A stretch of 64,000 nt of DNA, from assembly GCA_037387885.1 (NCBI GenBank), contig JARRKQ010000009.1, forward strand, positions 1,601 to 65,600, read 5' to 3'. Shown piece after piece: positions 8,134 to 16,242 of this stretch. This DNA is from Alphaproteobacteria bacterium. GTDB lineage: Bacteria > Pseudomonadota > Alphaproteobacteria > JAPULJ01. The translations under genes were made by a program, and so were the position numbers. The notes below the pieces were generated by a model. That model had not been told where the DNA came from. It worked only from the letters and a program-made list of their open reading frames with translations, and did not search any database. The stretch's first letter is position 1. The number at the start of each line of letters is the position of its first letter.

Positions 8134-8805
8134 ATGTCTAAGATCCTCGAACGCCAGGGCTACCAGCTCCTCGCCTACATCCTGCTGGGCGGCATCCTCG
8201 CGCTCGCCACGCTCAAGGCACCCGAAACCCATGGCCGGGCCTGGGGGCTGACGACCGCTGAATTGGTCGCGCTCTCATGGGCGCTTGCGGGCCTCTTCCA
8301 GTTCGGCGCGGCGCTGGTCTGGCGGCTCGAGCTGCATCATCGCTCGATCAGCGCCCGGTTCGGCCGCTGGGGCTTCTTCGTCTTCCGGATCGTCTTCCCG
8401 CTGATCGTCGGCACGCGCATGCTGCTCGTCATCCCGATTGCCCAGTCGACGCCCCACACCATCCCGGTTCATCCGGTCGTCTTCTGGCTGCTCGTCCTGG
8501 GCCCGATGCCGCTCATCCTCTGGGCCTTGCATTCGGTGACCTTTTATTTCGGCTTCACGCGCGCCACCGGGGCCGACCATTTCGATCCGAGCTATCGCAA
8601 AAGGCCGCTGGAGACGCGCGGGATCTTCAAGCACGTCCGCCACCCGATGTACGCGGTGATCCTGCTGCTGCTCTATCATCCGGGGCTCTACTATGAGAGC
8701 CTGCTCGGGCTGGTCGCGGCGGCTTGCCACCATGCCTTCGTCTGGTGCCATTACTACTGCACCGAGAAGCCCGACATTCGGGAGATCTATGGCGCGGGGG
8801 CCTGA
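8134..8805 (+). CDS. Isoprenylcysteine carboxyl / phospholipid methyltransferase-family membrane protein
   Basis: Multi-TM protein with the C-terminal motif TRGIFKHVRHPMYAVILLLLY typical of the ICMT/PEMT family. Start chosen at MSKILERQGY. Confidence 0.7.
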   Translation: MSKILERQGYQLLAYILLGGILALATLKAPETHGRAWGLTTAELVALSWALAGLFQFGAALVWRLELHHRSISARFGRWGFFVFRIVFPLIVGTRMLLVIPIAQSTPHTIPVHPVVFWLLVLGPMPLILWALHSVTFYFGFTRATGADHFDPSYRKRPLETRGIFKHVRHPMYAVILLLLYHPGLYYESLLGLVAAACHHAFVWCHYYCTEKPDIREIYGAGA

Positions 8806-8963
8806 CCATGCCGGGCCTCGCAGCACACCGAGCGGTGATTTGTCATGAATGGCGCCCGGCCCTAAACTGCCTCACTAGCGTCACAGGCGGACTTCAAAAC
8901 AGAACCATACCGGCGCACGGGGTCAACTCTCGCCAAGCCCAACGGCAAAGGAGAAGCAGTACC

Positions 8964-9530
8964 ATGCGGGCAATCGCGGGCGTATTCGCCCTCACCTTCC
9001 CGATCGCATTTGGCCTGATCGTACTCGGCCTGCCGGCCACGCACGCGGCGGCCGCCGATCGCAAGATCTCCGATTTCTATGGCGCCTATACGGGCCAGAG
9101 TATTTCGCTCAAAGGTGAGGGGCTGTCCGCGCGCGACCTCAGCGTCCGGATCAAGCCGAACAAGCAAGGTTTCAATCTCAGCTGGACAACCGTGACGCAC
9201 AAGAAGGGCAGCTCGGCGGTCCGCAAATCCTATTCGATCGACTTCTCCAAATCGCCGCGGAAGAACATGTGGGGCTCCGCCGTGCGCCGCGACGCGTTCG
9301 GCAACATGCAGCCCATCAACCCTCTGCAAAAGGGCGACCCGTTCGTCTGGGCGACCCTCAAAGGCGATACGCTCACGGTCTATGCGCTCATCATCACCGC
9401 GAGCGGGGGCTACGAGCTTCAGACCTATGCCCGTACGCTGACCGCCGACGGCATGCGGCTCAACTTCACGCGCCTGCGTGACGGCGAGCGGCTGAAGGCG
9501 ATCACCGGGGTTCTGGTGAAAAAGAAATAG
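8964..9530 (+). CDS. Hypothetical exported protein
   Basis: RBS AAAGGAGAA upstream of ATG 8964. Signal peptide MRAIAGVFALTFPIAFGLIVLGLPATHAAAA. No family recognised. Confidence 0.6.
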   Translation: MRAIAGVFALTFPIAFGLIVLGLPATHAAAADRKISDFYGAYTGQSISLKGEGLSARDLSVRIKPNKQGFNLSWTTVTHKKGSSAVRKSYSIDFSKSPRKNMWGSAVRRDAFGNMQPINPLQKGDPFVWATLKGDTLTVYALIITASGGYELQTYARTLTADGMRLNFTRLRDGERLKAITGVLVKKK

Positions 9531-9537
9531 CGCTGAA

Positions 9538-10314
9538 TCAGGCGACGTGGGGCACCGCGTAGAGCGCCACGGCGAGGAAGTGACAGACCGCCCCGCAGAT
9601 CACGAAGACGTGCCAGATCGCGTGGTTGAACGGCAGGCTGCGCCAGAGATAGAAGCCGACGCCGATCGTGTAGGCAAAGCCGCCTGAGAGCAGCAGCCAG
9701 CCCCCGCCCGTGCCCATATTCTCCCAGATGGTTCCGGCCCAGGCGAAGCCCAGCCAGCCCAAAGCCAGAAAGATCGGGATCAGCATCCAGTGCATATGCC
9801 CGGAAATCAGACGCACGGCGACGCCGATCGCCACCATGATCCAGATCAGCGCACACAAGGTCCACCCCAGCGACCGCGGAAACGCCAGCAGGGTGATCGG
9901 CGTGTAGGTCCCCGCGATCAGCAGGAAGATCGAAACATGGTCGAGCGCCAGCAGGACTTCTTTCGTCCCCCGGTGCCAGACGCCGTGATAGAGCGAGGAA
10001 AAGAGAAACGCCATGAACAGCGTGGCGCCATAGATCGCCGACGCCGTCACCGCCCAGAAATTATGGGTGTTGGCGGCCAGCACGATGAGTAGCGCGAGCC
10101 CGGCCGCCGACAGCACGGCGGCCACGCCGGAGACCACCGCATTGGCGATCTCCTCATAGAGCGTCTCGCCGCTCTCCTCGACCGATGCCTGGACGCGCTG
10201 GTGCCGCCGCGCCAGCCGACGCTGCGCGAGCAGCCGTGCGCCGAACGCCGCCCACGGGCTGCCACTGCGCCGCCGTGCGACCCGCCACCGGATGTTACTA
10301 CGCCGTCGACCCAT
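9538..10314 (-). CDS. Hemolysin III / PAQR family channel protein
   Basis: Seven-TM pattern with family motifs EEIANAVVSG, SSLYH, LDHVSIFLLIAGTYTP and HVFVICGAVCHF. The N-terminal ~50 aa (Arg-rich) may be over-extended. Confidence 0.8.
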   Translation of the reverse strand: MGRRRSNIRWRVARRRSGSPWAAFGARLLAQRRLARRHQRVQASVEESGETLYEEIANAVVSGVAAVLSAAGLALLIVLAANTHNFWAVTASAIYGATLFMAFLFSSLYHGVWHRGTKEVLLALDHVSIFLLIAGTYTPITLLAFPRSLGWTLCALIWIMVAIGVAVRLISGHMHWMLIPIFLALGWLGFAWAGTIWENMGTGGGWLLLSGGFAYTIGVGFYLWRSLPFNHAIWHVFVICGAVCHFLAVALYAVPHVA

Positions 10315-10476
10315 CGGCTCTCCCAGAGCAGAAAATCTAGGGGAAATCTGGGCAGATTTCGAGATATCGACGGCGATTATAAGGCGAGATGGTTAACCGG
10401 GAGCAACGCTCAAATCACACGCGTCGTACCGGCCTTTCGGCCGCTCAATCGCTGGAGGCCGGCGCCCCGCAGCGGA

Positions 10477-10602
10477 CTACATCGAGCACGGGATCCACAG
10501 GAAGAGCGCGACCGGCGCGGCCAACAGCCCCGCCGCCAAGAACGCCGCACCATCGAGCGCCAGCTGGCCAATCCGTCCCCAGAAGGTGTCGTCTCGTGGC
10601 AT
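10477..10602 (-). CDS. 41-aa small membrane protein (paralog of 44932-45057)
   Basis: Own translation: MPRDDTFWGRIGQLALDGAAFLAAGLLAAPVALFLWIPCSM. RBS GGAG 7 nt upstream. Same length and same N-terminal motif as the second copy. Confidence 0.6.
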   Translation of the reverse strand: MPRDDTFWGRIGQLALDGAAFLAAGLLAAPVALFLWIPCSM

Positions 10603-10614
10603 AGCAGGTCTCCT

Positions 10615-10842
10615 TCATCCCGTTCCGAGCGGGCCTAGCGGTCGGCATCTCGTCCGCTTCTTGCCCTCGCTGCCGGCCTCGTGACGGCCGGCACATCGCT
10701 CCCATTTGACTTGGTTGCCGAAGCGTAAATCGGCAATGCCGATGACGGCTCTGGGCGGCTCAACTTTCCGTGTGCAGTGCAAAACGAAGCGTGAGGCCAT
10801 TTGCCGATCGCATCGTAAAAGTCCCGGCCAGATCATTTGCAT
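10615..10842 (-). CDS. Possible small ORF (61-75 aa) upstream of the 41-aa peptide gene; doubtful
   Basis: Its stop lies 12 nt before the peptide ATG, with AGGAG between them. Third-position GC is only about 69% and rare codons (TTA, AGA, CTA) occur. No family recognised. Confidence 0.25.
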   Translation of the reverse strand: MQMIWPGLLRCDRQMASRFVLHCTRKVEPPRAVIGIADLRFGNQVKWERCAGRHEAGSEGKKRTRCRPLGPLGTG

Positions 10843-10860
10843 GGCTCCACCCTTGCGTTT

Positions 10861-10880
10861 TATGTACTAGTTAGTACATA
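10861..10880. promoter_or_regulatory. Perfect 9-2-9 palindrome (candidate operator) in the XRE promoter
   Basis: TATGTACTA-GT-TAGTACATA, ending 9 nt before the XRE ATG. It sits between TTGCGT (-35-like) and CATAGT (-10-like). Confidence 0.6.
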
Positions 10881-10889
10881 GTACCTATT

Positions 10890-11252
10890 ATGACGAATGA
10901 GACGTCCTTTGGCGAATTGGTGCGCTCGGCCCGCGAGTCTTTGCGGTCAACCGACCGCCGCTTCAGCCTGCGACAGGTGGCGATCCGCATCGGCGTGGAG
11001 CCTGCCTATCTCAGCAAGGTCGAGCGCGGCCAGACCGCTCCGCCGTCTGAAGCGACGATCCGGCGGCTGGCTGAAGACCTCGGCGAGGATCCGGACGTAT
11101 TGCTGGCCCTGGCCGGCAAGGTCTCCTCGGACCTGCAGGCGGCGATCCGCAAGCGTCCGCGCCTCTTCGCCGATCTCATCCGTCAACTGAACGACGCCCC
11201 CGACCACGCCATCCTGCGCCTGGTGCGCGAGGTCCGCGACGGCGACTGGTAA
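10890..11252 (+). CDS. XRE-family helix-turn-helix transcriptional regulator
   Basis: 120 aa. HTH region FSLRQVAIRIGVEPAYLSKVERGQTAPPSEATIRRLAEDLG. No SD and an ATG 7 nt after a -10-like hexamer, which suggests a leaderless mRNA. Confidence 0.85.
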   Translation: MTNETSFGELVRSARESLRSTDRRFSLRQVAIRIGVEPAYLSKVERGQTAPPSEATIRRLAEDLGEDPDVLLALAGKVSSDLQAAIRKRPRLFADLIRQLNDAPDHAILRLVREVRDGDW

Positions 11253-11269
11253 GGAAGGAGACGGCTGCC

Positions 11270-12262
11270 ATGATCACCCTCGAGCACGACGCGCTCGTCT
11301 TCCGCTTTCCGGAGCTTCACGCCGAGGCCGAGGCGCGGATCGAGTTCCAGCGCACCTTGCGCATCCCCGACGACGACCGCGACTATCCGTTGCCGCCCGG
11401 GCTCGGCCCCTTCCCGCTCCGCCATCTCGACGATTTCGCGAACAGGCTGCCACCCGCCTGGTCCAAGCGCGGCGGCGTCATCATGCCGATGCACCAGTCG
11501 GAAGCGCTGTGGCTCAATTTCTCCGGCGTCTACCCCTGCGCGCTCCGCATCGCCACCGGCAAGATCGACGCCGTGACCGGTGAGACCTGGAAACGCGGGC
11601 TGAGCGCGGACCCGCAGAATTACATCGTCGTCCCCACCCAGCCGTGGCTCGACGGATACGCCGTCGACAAGGGCACGATCCGCCAGTTCGTCGCGATGCC
11701 GCTCGGCGAAGGCTACACCGCCGAGGAGCAGCTTACCGGTGCGGCCGAACACGGCGGGCTGCAGATCGAGGTCTTCCCGATGAAGCCGGATATCTACGCC
11801 CGCATCGAACGTGACGCGGGCCCGGACTATATGGCGGCCGCGCCATTCGAATCGGTTCAGCTCGCCTCGCTCGATATGGGCCTCGCCCCGGGCGGGCGCA
11901 TGATCCAGGAGATCTACGACGACCCTTACGGCCTCGACGCCTGGGAGGCCGAGGTCTCCAGCCGCTGCTTCGTCTCGATCGCCAATTCGCTCACCTGGGC
12001 GGCGATCACCGAGGTTGCACCGCCGACCAAGCCGCCGAGCGCCGCGGACTACACCGCCGCGGGGCTCCCCTGGTTCGACTATTACGGCGGCGACAGGAGG
12101 GCGCTCAAGGGCGCGGAGAAACTGGCCAAGCTCAAGAGTGTCAAGAAAATGGGCGAACACAAGGGCGAGACCCCGATGCCCGAAAACGAAAGCGTCGAGC
12201 CCAGCCGGGTCATCACCCTCGACGGGACCAAGGCGTCGGTGGTGCGCGAAGGCGACTTTTAG
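11270..12262 (+). CDS. Uncharacterized 330-aa soluble protein (no family recognised)
   Basis: Strong RBS AAGGAAGGAG. 17 nt after the XRE stop. Native-like codon usage. No TM segment, signal peptide or catalytic motif that I recognise. Confidence 0.75.
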   Translation: MITLEHDALVFRFPELHAEAEARIEFQRTLRIPDDDRDYPLPPGLGPFPLRHLDDFANRLPPAWSKRGGVIMPMHQSEALWLNFSGVYPCALRIATGKIDAVTGETWKRGLSADPQNYIVVPTQPWLDGYAVDKGTIRQFVAMPLGEGYTAEEQLTGAAEHGGLQIEVFPMKPDIYARIERDAGPDYMAAAPFESVQLASLDMGLAPGGRMIQEIYDDPYGLDAWEAEVSSRCFVSIANSLTWAAITEVAPPTKPPSAADYTAAGLPWFDYYGGDRRALKGAEKLAKLKSVKKMGEHKGETPMPENESVEPSRVITLDGTKASVVREGDF

Positions 12263-12403
12263 GCACCCGCCATCTTGGTCCCTGCATTTCGCCGCCGGTC
12301 GCGGGACTTGTGCCACGCCGCCATGGCGATCAGTATCGCGGGCCGCGGGCCCGACGGGTGGGCCCGTCCGCAAGACAAAAGGGACAGAAGAACCGGAGGA
12401 CCG

Positions 12404-13510
12404 ATGTCGAGCACGCCCCCTTTCCATGTCGAGCATATCGGCAGCTTCCTGCGTCCCGAACGCCTGCTCGACGCCGCCCGGCAGGTGAAGGCGGGCACGC
12501 TCGACACCGAGAGCTTCAATGCGGTGGTGGACGATGCGATCCGCGAGATCGTCGCTTTTCAGGAAAACGAAGGCCTTCAGTCCGTCACCGACGGCGAGTT
12601 CCGCCGGCGCGGCTGGTCGGCCGGTTTCATCGATGCGGTCGACGGTTTCGGCCTTCGCCCCGGCACCCTCGGCTTCCGCGACGAGACGGGCGAGATGGGC
12701 GTCGCCCCCTCCCCCTACGCCGAGCGCAAGCTGAGCCGCAAGCATCCGATCGTCGCCGATGATTTCCGCTTCCTCAAATCGGTCGTCACCACGTCCGTGC
12801 CCAAGGCGACCATCCCCTCGCCCGACGTGATGCACTATTTCCTCGGGCCGGATGCGGCCGAGGCGAGCGTCTATCCGAACATCGAGGACTACTGGGACGA
12901 TCTCGTCGGCATCTATCAGGCCGAGGTCGCCGACCTCGCCGCGGCGGGCTGCACCTATCTCCAGCTCGACAACACCGCGATGCCCTGCAACTGCGACAGC
13001 CGCGCCCGCGAACAGGTGCATGACCGCGGCGAAGACCCCGATGCGCTGACCCGCAAATACGCGCAAGTCATCAACCGCGCGATCGAGACGCGCCCGGCCG
13101 ACATGTTCGTCGGCATGCATCTCTGCCGCGGCAACTTGAAGGGCGCCTGGATGGCCGAGGGCGGCTACGAGCCGATCGCCGACGCGCTCTTCAACGCAAC
13201 CGATGTCGATGAGTTCCTGCTCGAATACGACACGCCGCGCGCCGGCGACTTCGAGCCGCTGCGCTTCGTGCCCGAGGGCAAGGTCGTCATTCTGGGATTG
13301 GTCTCGACCAAGACGCCGGAGCTCGAATCCGAGGACGAGCTCAAGCGCCGCATCGACGAGGCCGCGAAATTCGTACCCCTCGACCGCCTCGGCATCAGCC
13401 CGCAATGCGGCTTTTCAAGCGGCGGCGGCGGCGGTCAGCCGATCACGCAGGAAGACACCCGCCGCAAGATCGAATTGCTGCAGCGCGTCGCCGCCGACGT
13501 CTGGAAATAA
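12404..13510 (+). CDS. Cobalamin-independent methionine synthase II (MetE C-terminal-like) family protein
   Basis: 368 aa from MSSTPPFHVEHIGSFLRPERLL. Zn-site-like motifs HLCRGN and SPQCGFSS. Confidence 0.8.
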   Translation: MSSTPPFHVEHIGSFLRPERLLDAARQVKAGTLDTESFNAVVDDAIREIVAFQENEGLQSVTDGEFRRRGWSAGFIDAVDGFGLRPGTLGFRDETGEMGVAPSPYAERKLSRKHPIVADDFRFLKSVVTTSVPKATIPSPDVMHYFLGPDAAEASVYPNIEDYWDDLVGIYQAEVADLAAAGCTYLQLDNTAMPCNCDSRAREQVHDRGEDPDALTRKYAQVINRAIETRPADMFVGMHLCRGNLKGAWMAEGGYEPIADALFNATDVDEFLLEYDTPRAGDFEPLRFVPEGKVVILGLVSTKTPELESEDELKRRIDEAAKFVPLDRLGISPQCGFSSGGGGGQPITQEDTRRKIELLQRVAADVWK

Positions 13511-13518
13511 GCCGGCTG

Positions 13519-13875
13519 TCAGTCCTTGTGGTAATGCCCGCTCTCGCAGTGGCGCAGCTCGTGCGCCAGGGTGAGCCGAAAATCGGTCGGCGACAGATCG
13601 GCGCGCACCCAGACGATGCACCGCTTCTTGGCGAAGTAGGTCAAGCCCGAGACCGGGCGGTTGGCGAGATCGGGCCGCACGGTGTTCGCGAGCTTGTAGA
13701 ACTTCTCCCGCTCCATGACGATCACCGTTGCGACAAGTCCCGGCTTCGGCACCCAGCGTTCCGCGCCGGCAAAGTTACCAGCGGCGACGGGCCCGCCGGG
13801 GGTCGATGTCCCGGCCCCGTCGCTCGCGCAGCCGCCGAGCACGACAACCGCCGCAATTGCTAGCAAGCGCTTCAT
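13519..13875 (-). CDS. Small lipoprotein with an HExxH motif
   Basis: MKRLLAIAAVVVLGGCASD (lipobox LGGC). C-terminal AHELRHCESGHYH. Confidence 0.6.
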   Translation of the reverse strand: MKRLLAIAAVVVLGGCASDGAGTSTPGGPVAAGNFAGAERWVPKPGLVATVIVMEREKFYKLANTVRPDLANRPVSGLTYFAKKRCIVWVRADLSPTDFRLTLAHELRHCESGHYHKD

Positions 13876-14030
13876 CGCACCATCCCTCTGCACCGGGTCA
13901 CTGAATCCGCCCGCACCACTTAGTGCTACGGTTGTACTAGCGATATTGTGCAACGCTTTTGTGAGCGCAAGGTCACGGCATGTCGGCGCGCCGCACCCTG
14001 CATCACCAACTCAGTCGTAAACTTTGAGAG

Positions 14031-14753
14031 TTATCCGACGATCCGCTCGCGCCGCATCGCGTAATGGGTGTTGCGGCCGGTGAAGGGCGGGAAGGTCTTG
14101 TAGTCGTCGCGCAGCTTGTGGCGCACGTCGGAACGCAGCGAGGCGTTCAGATCGTCGACCGTGTCGAAGACGACCTCGTTGCCCAGCATATAGTCGGCGC
14201 GCGGCACGCCCACCGGATCGCTCCACTCGACCGGCAAATAGCACATGACGTTCCGGATGTTCGGGAACTCACCCAGGATCGGCGGGTGATGCTTCACGTA
14301 ATGCGTAACGAAGGTCGCCTCGTCCTCGGCCGGGCGGTGATAGCGTACGACATACGAACAGCTCGGCACCGTGGGCAGCGGCGACGGCTCGCTCTCTCCC
14401 TCGACCGGATAGAAATGCGCTTCCATCGCCTCGTGCACCGCCGTCAAACCTTCGATCGGCGTCCCCTCGCAGCGCGCGGCGGCGGCCGGAAATCCGCTCG
14501 ACGCCAGCGCCGCCTCGAGCGCGCGCAGATCGTCGAAATAGAGCTGCGCCATCGCCAGCGGTCCCGGGCCGTCATCGAGATAGGGATCGTGCGAGGCTTC
14601 GGGCGTGTAAAGGTCATAGGCCCGCAGGCCGTCGAGGGCCGCGAGCGCGTGACTCGGCCCCTCCGCGAACCAGGCGCGAAACGCCGCCCCCGCCTCCGCC
14701 GGACCGGAGAAAACCAGAAAATAGACGGCCGTGCCCTCAAGACTGTTGCTCAT
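14031..14753 (-). CDS. Conserved hypothetical protein
   Basis: 240-aa ORF with native codon bias. Its start overlaps the stop of the upstream phosphatase gene (ATGA). No family assigned with confidence. Confidence 0.55.
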   Translation of the reverse strand: MSNSLEGTAVYFLVFSGPAEAGAAFRAWFAEGPSHALAALDGLRAYDLYTPEASHDPYLDDGPGPLAMAQLYFDDLRALEAALASSGFPAAAARCEGTPIEGLTAVHEAMEAHFYPVEGESEPSPLPTVPSCSYVVRYHRPAEDEATFVTHYVKHHPPILGEFPNIRNVMCYLPVEWSDPVGVPRADYMLGNEVVFDTVDDLNASLRSDVRHKLRDDYKTFPPFTGRNTHYAMRRERIVG

Positions 14754-15354
14754 CGAACCGCGCTGTTGACGGTGACGACACTCCAGGCGGCAGGACCCGC
14801 CGCCCGCTTATGCCGGTGAAGCCGGGTAACCGAAAGCAGATCGACCACAAACGATATCGCCTGGCGTGGGCTCAGGTCCATTGCCACGGCTAGCGCCGCC
14901 CGGATCGTCCCGGCATGGACGACGGCAACGATATCACGCCCGGCCTGGGCCTCGCTGACGCGCGCGATCGCTTCGCCCACCCGGGGAATGACCTCCGCGA
15001 ACGCCTCGCCGCCGGGGGGCTTGAGCAGCGCCGGCACGGCAAGCTGCTCCTCGGAAAGCCCGCTATAAACCTGCTTGTAGCTTTGCCCGTGCCAGTCGCC
15101 GAAATCCTGCTCGATGAAGGCGGGCTCCTCCAACACCGGCGCATCGGCCTTGCCGAACGCGGCGCGCAGGGCCGCACCGGTCATCGCCGTGCGCCGCGCC
15201 GGGCTCTCGATCCAAAGCGCGTCCGCCGGCAGGCGATCGGCGCGCCATCGCCGAGCTCGGCCTCGGCGTCGATCGGCGCGAAACCGCGATCGTAAGGCGG
15301 TGCGATGGGCGCGTGACGCACCCACCACCAGCGTGTGGTCGTGGTGTCTGGCAT
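14750..15354 (-). pseudogene. Histidine phosphatase (phosphoglycerate mutase-like) family gene, frameshifted as sequenced
   Basis: N-terminus from ATG 15354: MPDTTTTRWWWVRHAPIAPP... (RHxP motif). The remainder (LPADALWIESPARR...VVHAGTIRAALAV) is in another frame. Length 605 nt, which is 2 mod 3. Confidence 0.7.
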
Positions 15355-15504
15355 GGGGGACGAAGTCTTAGCGCTTTCAGGCGTTGTCCGTCGGGCTGCG
15401 CGATTTAAGCGCGGCCGGCGGGCGCCAACAAGCCATCTCGTGTCAGGTCAAACGTGCAGCCGGCGCGCAGTAGCCGCGCGCCGCCGACCCAACGCAAAAG
15501 GTGT

Positions 15505-15939
15505 CTAGTGTGTGCTGGTCTTCGGGCCGCCCGCGACCGCGACCTGTGCCGTGCAGGCATCGACCGTGACCTGCCAGCGCACGATCCCAAAGCCGCGGCT
15601 CGCCGTGGCGACATAACGCCCGGCGACCGACAACGGCGCGATCCACTCGCTCTTCAAGGGCTTCAGATAGCGCAGGTCGCGGATTGCGTAATACCCACGC
15701 TGCTTCAGGATCGACCGGATCCGATCCGGCTTCAATGCCGGACTGCCCGTCGGGCAGATCTGCGCCGGCGGCTCGTATCCCGGAAACGACGGCACACCCC
15801 CGACACCGCCAATTCCAGCGACCGCCGATCCAGCCATCGCGAAGGGAAACAGCACTGCAACGCCCGCGCACAGCAACCGCCCGCGCGAGCCTCGTGATAA
15901 GCGATTGAATAAGCGTCCAACCGGGCGGGTCTCGATCAT
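15505..15939 (-). CDS. Hypothetical exported protein
   Basis: Start chosen at MIETRPVGRLF. Hydrophobic leader LLCAGVAVLFPFAMAGSAVA. No family recognised. Confidence 0.5.
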   Translation of the reverse strand: MIETRPVGRLFNRLSRGSRGRLLCAGVAVLFPFAMAGSAVAGIGGVGGVPSFPGYEPPAQICPTGSPALKPDRIRSILKQRGYYAIRDLRYLKPLKSEWIAPLSVAGRYVATASRGFGIVRWQVTVDACTAQVAVAGGPKTSTH

Positions 15940-16242
15940 GTCTGATCCTCGTTCAACCCATACTCGCCGCGATCCTGCCGGGACGCCATTAACTCTACCC
16001 TGCGCGCGGCATCGATCCAAGGTTCAATTTCATCGGCATAGCACGACCGCGCTGCACGCGGGTCACTCGTCGTAAACATCGCGTATGGGCTAAGATCGGC
16101 CCTGTGACCGTCGACCTGTCGTGCATGCCAGTTGTGCCCGTTTGGGGTTCGTAGTCATCCACACAAGCTGAGACGGACAAAATTGCGCAATGTCGACCCA
16201 GCATCGTCCAAACCCGCGCAACCCACGCGTTTGCGCCAGCAT

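Noticed and set aside
10615-11252. Type II toxin-antitoxin pair formed by the XRE gene and the 75-aa ORF.
   Set aside because: The genes are divergent rather than co-transcribed. The 75-aa ORF has poor codon statistics and no RelE/HigB-like motifs that I can see.
12263-12403. Cobalamin or SAM-II riboswitch upstream of the MetE-like gene.
   Set aside because: I could not find a B12-box-like or SAM-II-like conserved core. Only a plain GC hairpin is present (CGGGCCC-N7-GGGCCCG).
11183-13405. Very long ORFs antisense to or out of frame with recognised genes. Examples: 11183..13405 (-) 740 aa, 736..2778 (+) 680 aa, 28054..29769 (-), 33838..35838 (-), 37985..40036 (+), 53742..56102 (+).
   Set aside because: Their translations are Arg/Ala/Gly/Pro-rich low-complexity strings, and they overlap genes with clear family motifs on the other strand or frame. 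These are typical shadow ORFs of a high-GC genome.
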